Below, in pieces: positions 9,128-19,829 of a DNA stretch of 64,000 nucleotides (positions are counted from its first letter, which is position 1; the number at the start of each line of letters is the position of its first letter). Both the position numbers and the translations under genes were made by a program. The notes under the pieces were generated by a model. That model saw nothing but the letters and a program-made list of their open reading frames with translations. It did not search any database and was not told the DNA's origin. This DNA comes from Naegleria gruberi (lineage: Eukaryota), in assembly GCA_000004985.1 (NCBI GenBank), contig GG738932.1; one strand, given 5' to 3'.

Positions 9128-10642
9128 ATGAGCCTAAAATCCAACATTTCAAAAAAAAAAGCAAAAAAGTCTCCGCTCATCACATCTCTCTCTTCATTGA
9201 TTTTTTTTAAATTATTGAAAATTCTAATGATGAAGAACCTCGGACTAGTAAAGATCATTATGATCGTCATGATGATGTTGGTATTTGTGAGTACAGTTGA
9301 TGCTGCTGCTGCTTCAAATGTTCCATCACAAGTTCACTTGGCATTGACAAGAAATAGTAGAGAAATGATTGTTTCATTCCATACTGAAGGTTATGATAAG
9401 GATGTTTTGGGAAAGGCTCAAGTAATGTATAGTACGAATGAAAATTTCCAAGATTATCAAGTAGCTCATCTTGGAAGTGTCAGTACAACTTATGGAGAAT
9501 CTGCCAAGACTGGTTATGAACATCATGTCTTGTTGGTTGATTTGGAATACTCGACCAAGTATTATTACAAGTGTGGATTTACCAAATCTACCGATATTCA
9601 ATCTGAAGTTTATTATTTCCACACAAGAACTGATCCAAAACAATCTGAAAGTAAGCAAGTGTCAGTATTAATGTATGGAGATCAAGGAACAACCAACAGT
9701 GCATATGTCATTGCTAGAAGCAAGCATTTTGTTAATTCATTCTATGACAAATCTGATAGCAAACACAAGAACATGTTTGTTTATCATTTGGGAGATATTG
9801 GTTACGCTAACGACTTTGCAGGAGCTCAATATCAATTTATTTGGACCAAGTACATGAAAATGTTGTCTGATTTCATGCCATATGCTCCATATATGGTTTG
9901 TGTTGGTAATCATGAAAAGGGACCAAAGAATCATCCATATGATGAATTTGAAATTCCATTCAAAGCTTACAATTCTCGTTTTTACATGCCAGGTAGAAAT
10001 GAATCTGCAATTGGACATAATATGTGGCACGTTTTCGAATATGGTCCAATTACATTTGTTGCTGTTGATACTGAAACTAATTTCCCAGGAGCTCACTTTG
10101 GAAAGTATGATGATCATTTCCATGGAGAGCAATTAAAGTGGTTGGATGAAACATTATCACAAGTTGATAGAAAGAAGACCCCATGGTTGGTAGTTGTGGG
10201 CCATCGACCAATTTACAGCTCAACTAAAGAATTCTCAAATGAACATGGTGATCCAATTGGAGATTCCAAAGTTTTACAAGATGCTTTTGAGGAAGTTATG
10301 TACAAGTACAAGACTGATATTTTCATGGTTGGTCACGTTCATAGTTATGAAAGAACATATCCAGTTTATAAAACCAAAGTGGAAACCAAATCAAATTATC
10401 ATAATTTGAGATCACCTATTCATATTGTCAATGGTGGTGGAGGAAACATTGAAGGACAAACTAAGGCTGAATCATTCCATAATCATGATTGGAGTGCTGA
10501 CATTTTCTATAAGGATGAAGGATATGGTATTTTACATACCAATTATGATGAAAAGACCAAGGTTTACTCCCTAAAGTTCAATTATCATGAATCCAAGACT
10601 GGATCTGTAGTAGATACTATTACTATCTCCAAAGATCAATAA
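9128..10642 (+). CDS. Purple acid phosphatase (binuclear metallophosphoesterase), secreted
   Basis: All five PAP metal-ligand blocks are present in order: GDIGYANDF (GDxG/GDxxY), GNHE, VVGHRPIY, GHVHSYER. The probable true start is ATG 9227 (MMKNLGLVKIIMIVMMMLVFVSTVDA), giving a signal peptide. The track ORF start at 9128 adds an unlikely basic extension. Confidence 0.85.
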   Translation: MSLKSNISKKKAKKSPLITSLSSLIFFKLLKILMMKNLGLVKIIMIVMMMLVFVSTVDAAAASNVPSQVHLALTRNSREMIVSFHTEGYDKDVLGKAQVMYSTNENFQDYQVAHLGSVSTTYGESAKTGYEHHVLLVDLEYSTKYYYKCGFTKSTDIQSEVYYFHTRTDPKQSESKQVSVLMYGDQGTTNSAYVIARSKHFVNSFYDKSDSKHKNMFVYHLGDIGYANDFAGAQYQFIWTKYMKMLSDFMPYAPYMVCVGNHEKGPKNHPYDEFEIPFKAYNSRFYMPGRNESAIGHNMWHVFEYGPITFVAVDTETNFPGAHFGKYDDHFHGEQLKWLDETLSQVDRKKTPWLVVVGHRPIYSSTKEFSNEHGDPIGDSKVLQDAFEEVMYKYKTDIFMVGHVHSYERTYPVYKTKVETKSNYHNLRSPIHIVNGGGGNIEGQTKAESFHNHDWSADIFYKDEGYGILHTNYDEKTKVYSLKFNYHESKTGSVVDTITISKDQ

Positions 10643-10743
10643 AATGTCAATTTAGTTACAGACAAGATATTGGAATTAAACTGTTTTGAATTCTGTATTC
10701 TCAATATTACTTCAAAGCTAAAAAATTTGAAGATAAAATTATC

Positions 10744-10816
10744 TGCTGACGGACGGGATCGAACCGGCGACCAATGGCTTATTAGACCAACGCTCTACCG
10801 ACTGAGCTACGCCAGC
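10744..10816 (-). tRNA. tRNA-Ile (anticodon AAT), 73 nt
   Basis: Reverse complement is GCTGGCGTAGCTCAGTCGGTAGAGCGTTGGTCTAATAAGCCATTGGTCGCCGGTTCGATCCCGTCCGTCAGCA. It folds as a cloverleaf with anticodon loop CTAATAA and T-loop TTCGATC, and resembles eukaryotic tRNA-Ile(AAT). Positions 27:43 (T.T) and 50:64 (C.T) are mismatched by my hand fold. A TTTT terminator lies 6 nt downstream. Confidence 0.6.
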
Positions 10817-11032
10817 TTCATGTTTTAGTTATAATATATTCTTCATATATTTATCATTTAAATATAATCATATGGAATTTCAATATTGTGTTGATGATGA
10901 TTATTTATAAATTCGCTCACTTTTGATTTAACTGGTTATTGTACTTGTTACCAGTATGTGGCAATATGTTTGTATCTTGCTTGTGTGAAGTATTATTAAT
11001 AATTATTAATCAATTCACAAAAAAATCTTTTA

Positions 11033-13192
11033 ATGCCTAACCTTGAGACTCTGAAGGAGACAGCAAGATCGGAGCTTTGCGATATTCTTGATTCGGTTTG
11101 TTATCATCACATTTATTATAATAACACAAGCAATCGAACAATATTTGTTTATCAATCATCTCATCTTCAATTAAATAATATATTATTATTAATTAATTCA
11201 TCAACATTAACAACAAAATAATAGATAAACGGAGACAAGATTCTTGTCCTTGATGAACAATTAATTGGACCTCTTGGATTAGTTGCCCCTCTGGCACTTT
11301 TAAAAGAACTTGGAGTTAAAAAACTATTTAAATTGAATGATAGAACATTTGATACCAATTTTGCAAATATTGTCTATATTGTGAGACCAAAGATGCACTT
11401 GATGAAGTGGGTTGCTAATCAAGTATCCTACTGGGTCAAACAAAAAGAAGATTTAGATCGAATGATGTCGGAAAAGCTGAAGGAAAAGAAGAACACAAAA
11501 AACAAAAAGCAACAACCTGAAGAAACCAATGAAGAAACATATACACCACCAACCAATTTCCACCTCTATTTATTACCTAAAACATCATTAATTTGTGTTG
11601 ATATCTTGAAGGATTTGGGTGTTTATCCACATTTAAGAATTTCCGAATATCCTTTGGATTTAATTGTCTTTGATAATTATTTAATGTCTTTGGAACTTCC
11701 TTCATCATTCAAGGAATGCGAATTGGATGGTGATTTTTCATCACTGTATTATGTAGCACGATCTATTATGAAGTTACAATCCTATTTTGGTTTGATACCA
11801 AATGTTAAATTTATTGGATCGGGTGCAACACATGTCTCTGAAATGATCATGAGAATGAGAAAGGAAGTTGGTTCACAAGCTTTTGCTTCTGTTCCAGAAA
11901 TTAACACATTAATTTTGATTGATAGAAATGTAGATTTAATTACTCCAATGTTAAATCAATTTACTTATGAAGGAATGATTGATGAACTTTTGGGAGGTAT
12001 TACAAATACCTTGTTTACAACTCAACGTGTACCTGAAGCTGCTACTATTGCTAAAAAGATTGCCCTCAATTCTTCTGATAATGTTTTTAATCGTTTGAGA
12101 CATCTCAATCACAATAGAGCTGGTATTGCAATCAATGAAATGGCTATTGAATTTAAATCCAGAGAAGATAAGGCAAGAGAAATCAAAACATCAGATTCTA
12201 AAGTTTCCATTGAAAAGATCAAGGAAGTTACTAAAATGTTACCACAAATTCAAGAAGACAAAAAGTATTTGGAACTTCGTAAGTTTTAAATTTCATGCAA
12301 TTCGTTACTAACACACATCCAAGACACCAAAATGATGCTTGAAATTAGATCAATTATTGGAAAGGTTCCTTTCAGAAGATTAATTCAAACACAGAAGAAT
12401 GTTCTTGATGGTGAGGATGAAAAGGAAATTATCGAATATATTGAAGAAACAATTGACAAGCAATTACCACTTACCAACGTTCTGCGTGTCATTTGTCTCT
12501 ATTCACTAATTAATGGAGGTATTAAGAATAAGGTTTTTGAAAAATTGAGAAGAGAAATTATACAAAGTTATGGACTTCAAGCATTGCCAACTCTCAACAA
12601 TTTGGAAAAGATTGGCATGCTCAGAAAGCAAGACTCCAAGTCTGTCAGTAATTGGAATTTACTGAAAAAGACATTTAATCTTGTAGATGAAGCTGCAATG
12701 GAAAGAACCAACGAGGAAGATGGTCAATATGATCCTCACTTGGTTTACAATGTCTATTGTCCAATAACTGTTGCTCTTGTCGAACATGCCATGACTGAAG
12801 AAAAGGGATGGAGAAGAGTTGAACCTGTTTTGAGTAAGCTTGCTCCAGGCCTTTATGGAGAATTATCTCAAACAGGTTCCCAAGATACTCAACTCGGAAA
12901 GAAGGTTGTCTTGGTTTACTTTATTGGAGGTGTTACTTTTGCTGAAATCAGTGCCATTACCTACTTGAATGAAAGAAGTAACGATTGTGAATACATTATA
13001 GCAACAACCAAGCTCACTAATGGATCCACATTTTTGGAAAATCTTGTTGAGGAAATTCCTGAAGATAGACAATCATTCAAAAAGAAAGCAAGCAGCGATT
13101 CCTATGCCCTTTTCTACGAAGAGCCACCAAAGGAAGGTGCTGATGCTTCATCATCTTCTGGAACAGCCAAAAACGGTCAACAAGATGTGTAA
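11033..13192 (+). CDS. vps33: Vps33 (Sec1/Munc18-family HOPS/CORVET subunit), 3 exons, ~662 aa
   Basis: Exons 11033..11095, 11225..12278 and 12324..13192 are joined in frame. Intron 1 is gtttgt...aatag. Intron 2 is gtaagttttaaatttcatgcaattcgTTACTAACacacatccaag. The product (MPNLETLKETARSELCDILDS|INGDKILVLDEQLIGPLGLVAPLALLKELGV...) aligns along its length to human VPS33A: IDRNVDLITPMLNQFTYEGMIDE vs [23 protein letters not shown], and VVLVYFIGGVTFAEISAITYL...IATTKLTNGSTFLENL vs LIFFLGGVTFAEIAALRFL...IATTKLMNGTSWIEAL. The TTG start at 11333 in the ORF track is an artefact. Confidence 0.8.
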
Positions 13193-13638
13193 ATTATATT
13201 AAATAATACAACCACCACAATTAATTCCATACTATTAATACAATAATATTAGAATCCCAATATATTTATTAAGAATTTAAACTCACAATATTTGATGATG
13301 CCTAAAGTCATAAAAAGTGTAACAAATCATCTCCTCCATAAATGTTGTTTTTGTTTACCCTTTGTAACCGAATCTAACCTAATGTTTCATTGACAACTTA
13401 ATAGGAACGCAGTACTGAGCCATCTCTCTAGAATTTAAGGATATTGTCAAGAAGTGTCAAAAAGCATCACTACAAACGCTCAGTCTCTACTAGGATAATC
13501 GAACACCTGGCTCGTTGATCAATTTTATCTTGCCACTCATTCAGGCGTTTTTATTTCTCAAAACGAACAAATATGCAAAATGATGGGTATGGTTGGTTGT
13601 AGAGGAAACAACATCACCAAAAAACAAACATCAAGAAA

Positions 13639-16600
13639 ATGAAACAACAGCTACACGTTAATGGCCGCTTGCTGATTATTTCAGTTGTGCTGGCATTATT
13701 TCTAGTAATGACAGGTTGTGTTGCAGATATTGTGCAAGTGACACCTCAGAATCCACTGCTTGATATGATTAGTTGGAATGATAAGGATGAAATATGGTTT
13801 GCCCAATCGTGTCCTCTCACTGGATCCAACAGTCGGTAAGTTTCGAATATATTTTCTTTCCTGACTAATGGAAATAGTCTTGGAATTGAAATGAGAAATG
13901 GCATCCTTGCTGCATTCCATGAAATCAACTCTATTGGGGGTGTTTGGGGCTCAAAGAAACTCAAATTGCTCTCACTCGATGATAATTATGATCCAGTGAG
14001 CACTTTACAAAATACAAATTACTTTCTTTACAATATTACTCCACCAAATACTTCACTGAATTATGCAAATGTGTTTTCAAGTGGTAAATATGAAGATAGA
14101 AATGTCAATGATGTGAAAGTTTTTGGATTGTTAGGATATGTCGGCACGCCAACTGTCCAAGCAGTTTATTCTGATGTTGTGGCAAAGAATGTACCACTTG
14201 TAGCTTCTTTTACAGGAGTTGGTTGGTTGAGATATTCTCCATTCTATTCAAATGTCATTAATCTTAGAGCTTCCTATGATGATGAGACAGCTGCCATGAT
14301 TGACTATCTCATTAACGAAAAACTAATTAGAAGAATCTCTGTATTCTACCAAAATGACAGTTTTGGACTTGCTGGATTGAGCGGAGTCCAACGTTCCCTA
14401 GTCAACTATCTCAATATCCCTATTCGTTCCACATCTTACTATACAAGAGGAACACTAAATGTGGAAAATGCATTTCAGGAAATTGGAGCGGGAAAACCAG
14501 CTGCAATTATTTGCATTGGAACTTTTGCTCCCATTGCCAAGTTTATCAAGATGGTAAAAGATTTGGCCTTCAATTCAACTGCCAATCAATACGGTTATGA
14601 GAAACCGAGCGAAATTATTTTCATGACTTTGAGTTTCGTCAGCTCAGGAGCTCTCATTGAAAGATTAAACTCCTTCAGTTTACCTTCGAATAACTATGGC
14701 AATTCGTATTACATTGACAATGTAGTCATCACACAAGTCGTCCCCAGCCCTTTCAATCTCTCAATTCCAATAGTGAGATCCTATCAGAATGCAAGAAGAT
14801 CCTATCTACTAGCCAACGATCCATCCTCTTACAATTCCTTCACTCCCTCCTTTATAGAATTGGAAGGATACATGGCGGGAAGATTGGTTTTTTCGATATT
14901 TCAGAAAATGGTTGGAAATTTAACGAGATCCAACTTTATTGCAACGAATTATTTTGGAGGGAATAGGTTGGGAACTGATATTGGGGATTCGTCATCGACT
15001 GGTGACAGTTCAGGAGGTGTTTCACTTGTGGATGGGATTAGGGTAGGTCCGTATCGTTGGTGTGAAAGTGTCAATGTCATGGATTTGAATTTACCATATG
15101 CGGATAAGATTTCATTGAATGTTTCGGCACTTTCGAATACTACTTGTTCTAATTTTAATTGTAATCAAGGTTTGAAAGTTGTTTACAAAAGTTCAGCTCA
15201 AATTGAAAACTCTAAAATTTCATTTTCTATTTTAGGGAATAGTTTTTCATGGTATGATTACAAGGGAGGTATTTATTGCATTTCAGATCCTTCACTTGTT
15301 AAGAAACCTCTCATTTTCGGTCAATCAATCTATTCGAATAAGGACTATACTGAAGAACTAATGCTGAGAAAAGGAATTTTAATGGCCTTTACCATATATA
15401 ACCAAGGATTGTCAAGTTCTGATTCCAAATTAGAACTTTTAACACAATATCACTCAAATAAGGATGAATTAATTTCGAATACAAAGGAATTCATTGAAAC
15501 TCATGATGCACTTGCTCTGGTTGGCTATTCGACAGATCACTTTTCGTTGGTAGAAAGTAGTGGAAAGATCAATATTGCAACTAATCCACAATTTGCAAAC
15601 ATTTCCTTGATTGGAGGTGCTTCAACTATTAATTCAATGAAATTAAGAAATCCATTCACAAGGAATATCATTCACGCACATTCGTCCATTTTCGAACAAT
15701 TGGCAACGATTGTGGAATATTCAATGAATCAAGAAGCATCTTCAAGGTTTTCAATTATTTACAGTAAGAGAAATGAAGATTCATTTGCAGCTTTTGGATT
15801 ACTCAATCAAATATTGACTGCTTTGGGTTTAGTTTTAGATTCTTCTGCATGTATTGATGGTTCGAATAGTTATTCATATGCCAGTATAGATTCAATTGTT
15901 GATAGTTTGAGATATAATGGTTCTAATCCTCAAGTTGTTATATTTGCATTCCCATCAAATGTCGATGTAGTTTCGTCCTTGATTGGAGCTTTCCAAACTA
16001 CTTATCAGAATTCACCAAAATTTGGTCGAAACTTGGATATTGTTTTGATGAATTCCTTCTTTTCCCTTAATGCAGAATACGAAATGAAAGATTGGCTCGC
16101 TCAAAATTACAAGAGTTTCTTCAAAGTTTCGTTTGTTTCTCATTTAGATTCGGTTTATTCATCCTCACAACTTTCCATCGTCAAATTCATTCAAACCATG
16201 AAGAATTTCTTCCCAAACGATTATTCCAACTCAACTACCCTCTATCACAACAAAGTTTTGGAAGGATTTTATATTGGAAACTTGATTACCTCTATTCTAA
16301 TCAATATTGATTCAGGTTTGACTTCAAAGGAAGTATTGCAAACTATTTATGATGTCAAGAGTTTCATTTCTCAGCAAACGACATATGGTCCCTTCAGTGA
16401 AGATGGTTGCAATGTTGGTATTCGTCAAAATTATGTTTTCACATTCGTTTCGAATAGTTTCTCCAAAGTTTATACGAAAAGTTATGATTCAGGTTGTGGA
16501 TTATTGGCAAGCTCTGTTGAGACAGCCATCAAATCATACATTAACACGCCATTACTATTTGGATATCTAGCTCCCTATAGAAAAATTGGAAATTCTCAAA

Positions 16601-19332
16601 TTGAAAGACAATTAGACTTGTTGAGCCAGGTTTCAGATTTGGACACTTCTGGTCATACTCAATTTTCTAAGGGTCTATCCACCTATTTTAAAAAAATTAC
16701 TCAGAAATTCAATAATGGATATTCCTCTAAAAATATTCAACTTGTTATTGAATATTATAGTACTGATGAGGAGAAATTCAATCTTCCAAATAAGGTAAAT
16801 TCCTTGATTGACAAAAATAGAGTTTTTGCAATTATTGGATCAGAATTTATTTTTACTTCATCTGATATCAGTAGAGAATTTGATTCTATCAGATCCACCC
16901 TCGAAACAAAACAAATTCCTTGGATTAACAGCTATTCAGGTTCCATGGAATTGAGAAAACCGTACACTCCTTATTTTGTCAATGTTGGACCATCTGTCGT
17001 TGATCAAGCCATTTCATTCTTTAATTATTTCAAACAGAATGGAACTGTCAACTTGGCTCTTGTTTATGAAAATGATCCATTTTATACTAATATGGCAATT
17101 AGTGAAATTGTTGAATATTGTAGAATTGAATCCATTCCAATAAGTTTCACTCAGGGAGTTTATAATACATCGATAGCTGATCAAATTATTTCATTGTTTT
17201 CGAATGCAAGAATTGAGAAGGATGTGGCAATTATGGTTTTGGCAAGAGATTCGAATAGTGCTTCGATTATTAAGCATTCAATTCTTGCTGCTCAGAAATT
17301 GAACATTGATAAGAAACTCTATTTTGGTATTTTGATTGAAAATAGTGGAAGGATATTCGAACAATCTCTTGTTTCCACTTCTGACCTTTCATATTGGATT
17401 AGTTCAATTTCAGGTTCTTCCCTTTCAACTTTGTCCCAATCTGTTTTAAATGGAGTGAAAGAAGGTAAGCTAGTAATGGCTAGCTCAATGGATTCTCCAT
17501 TCCATGACTTTTCTGGTTCAGATAGCGCCTCTTTCGTCCAATTATTCAAAACCGAAACTATTTCATACTTTGATTCCAATATTAATCATTTAACATTTGA
17601 AGGTTACTCGCTTGGCCACTTTATCGATATTCTCATCACCTCCATTGAACAAGCAAAGAGTATTTCAGGTCAAACCTCAAACATTACCCCTTCAGATTTA
17701 TTGAACTCCATTTATAGTAATACCGTCTTTGATTTGAACATGAAAAAAGTTGGCCCAGTTGGATATGCCTGCTCCAATACCACAACAGCAAGTACAACTT
17801 GTGATTCTTCCACTTCCTTGGGCTGTTCCTGTAATGAAGGAGCTAAAAAAGTTGTCTTATCAACTCTAACAAGTCAACCAACTGTGAATTCTTCCGCTCT
17901 CTTCAAATATTCCAATACTATCTCAACCAATACCTTTGGAACATGTGGTTTGGTTGCTGTTGTTCCTTCTCTGTCTGTTGTTGCCATTGTCATGATTGTC
18001 CTTTCAGGTATTGCCTTCCTCCTTCTCATAACAATCATTCCAATACTTTCGTATAGATATTATGTAGCAAGAAATGCCATCAAACACGCTCCTAAATCAA
18101 AGAATGGTAAATTAGCTTGTTGCTTTACCGATATCCAAAACTCGACTGTCTTGTGGCAATCCAATGAGAAAGCCATGAGAGAAGCTTTGATCATTCACAA
18201 CCAAATTATGAGAAAGAATCTCGATCTATGTAATGGATTTGAAGTCAAGACACAGGGTGATTCATTCTTTGTGGTTTTCAAGAATCCAACTGATGCCTTA
18301 GATTGGTGTGTCTCTGTCCAACATGATTTGTTGACAGCCAAGTGGCCATCTGATTTATTGGGATTGTGGGATTGTAGACCGGAGTGGGATAATGCAACTA
18401 AGGAAATAATTTGGTCAGGAGTGAGAGTTAGAATGGGACTTCATTATGGAGCTGCGGAATATGTCTTTGATAAGGTTGTGAAAAGACCGGACTATTTCGG
18501 AACTTGTGTAAATACCTCCGCAAGAGTTGAGAGTGTGGCTATTGGTGGACAAATATTGGTTTCTGAGGATTTCTTATTGGAAACATGGAAAACAAACAAG
18601 TGCCGATTGTATTCCTTTATCAAATTCCTTCAGGGAAATAACAACTCGTACGTGAGTGAAATCATGACTGGATTGACCTTACAGGAGGAACAGAATGATA
18701 AGGACATTGTCTCAGTTGGAGGATCCAGTCATAAGAGTTCTGAATTATCGAGAAATTCCATCTCATCCAGGAATTCCTCAGTTAGCTCAGCACAAGCTTA
18801 CGATCTTTCAGATCCAAATCAAGTTACAAAGAGGAAGCGAACAAGACATGCACGTGGTTGGAGATATTTAGCTGAAGACATGGGAGAATTCACATTGAAA
18901 GGTTTGGAAGGAACAACAAGACTTTTCCAAATCAAGTCAACCATCATGGCCAAGAGAAATTATCCAGCATTGAAGAGTGTGACTGTAGCTTCATCATCTA
19001 AACCATTGTTGCTATCTCAACAAAGTGCTGCAGTTTTTGGTTTGAATGGTCAATCATCTAGCAATAGCGTGACTCAGGATAGTAAGGCATTTAGAACACT
19101 CATGACAAGAACGAATACTCAATCTTTTAGAACAGTTCCAGATCAACAGATTTATCAGAGTTATCAGGAAGATGGTATGGAGAAGGGACCACAATCAATT
19201 CCACCACAGTCTACTGTTGCAAATCCAGAAATTCCAATGGATTCAGATTTTGAAGTGTCCAGATTTAAAAAGAATAGAATTGTACCAGTAATTACAACAA
19301 CAAGTGAGAATGAGACAAATGAGGAGGAATAA
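13639..19332 (+). CDS. Receptor-type class III nucleotidyl cyclase: signal peptide, two PBP1/ANF-receptor-like ligand-binding domains, one TM helix, cyclase homology domain, Ser-rich tail (~1,880 aa, 2 exons)
   Basis: Exon 1 (13639..13835) encodes the signal peptide MKQQLHVNGRLLIISVVLALFLVMTGCVA.... A 42-nt intron gtaagt...ctgactaatggaaatag spans 13836..13877. Exon 2 (13878..19332) follows in frame. Ectodomain motifs LGIEMRNGILAAFHEINSIGGVWGSKKLKLLSLDDNYDP and a second LRKGILMAFTIYN... unit are typical of Leu/Ile/Val-binding (PBP1/ANF receptor) folds. The TM helix is LVAVVPSLSVVAIVMIVLSGIAFLLLITIIPIL. The cyclase domain immediately follows the TM and carries CCFTDIQNSTVLW, KTQGDSF, VRMGLHYGAAE, YFGTCVNTSARVES and GGQILVSE. 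There is no kinase-homology domain. Confidence 0.8.
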
Positions 19333-19377
19333 AGGTTATGAAAATTAAAAAAGAAATACCATGATTTAAAAGGAAAC

Positions 19378-19449
19378 GGGGACCAGTGGGAATCGAACCC
19401 ACGGCCTCTCGCACCCAAAGCGAGAATCATACCACTAGACCATGGTCCC
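19378..19449 (-). tRNA. tRNA-Pro (anticodon TGG), 72 nt
   Basis: Reverse complement is GGGACCATGGTCTAGTGGTATGATTCTCGCTTTGGGTGCGAGAGGCCGTGGGTTCGATTCCCACTGGTCCCC. It is near-identical in its core to canonical eukaryotic tRNA-Pro(UGG), with anticodon loop TTTGGGT. A T-rich terminator (tttccttttaaa) lies immediately downstream. Confidence 0.8.
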
Positions 19450-19829
19450 TTACATATCATATACAAAATATAATGTTTTTAGATGGTTCATATATGTTAC
19501 GTATGCTGAAGAAAGAGAGGCAGTGCTCTGGGCTGCGAGTTTGCTGGTACAACCAGTAGATGTTATTGTGGATTAATAGTCATGTTACTGGTTAGAAGCC
19601 AATTTCTGTCTTGTAAAAGACTGCTCCAAAACATCAATAAAAGAATAATAATCCGATGTTTACATCTACTATCATTATTTGATCATCACCAACCTTCTAC
19701 TCACACATCAACTTCTCATGAAGGAAGGGAAAAGGAAATTAATCATTCTTGGATTGTCTTATTTTTTTTAAAATAGAAAATAATTTTATTAAAAATTATT
19801 TATTAATCCAACGGTAACTAACAACTAAA

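Noticed and set aside
11333-12289. ORF-track TTG start codons (11333, 20831, 4005) treated as gene starts
   Set aside because: These are ORF-caller artefacts. In each case the upstream exon or frame continues (a Vps33 exon junction, the G8-gene frame change, the DUF4116 pseudogene fragment). No non-ATG initiation is required.
13380-13560. Moderately GC-rich intergenic patch ending in GCGTTTTTATTT, considered as a Pol III ncRNA or snRNA
   Set aside because: I compared it by eye with U1/U2/U4/U5/U6 and 7SL consensus sequences and found no convincing match. I cannot support an RNA gene call without a covariance-model search.
13639-13839. Stand-alone 66-aa secreted peptide gene
   Set aside because: It is exon 1, the signal peptide, of the receptor cyclase. 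A canonical gtaagt...ag intron at 13836..13877 joins it in frame to the 13891 ORF.
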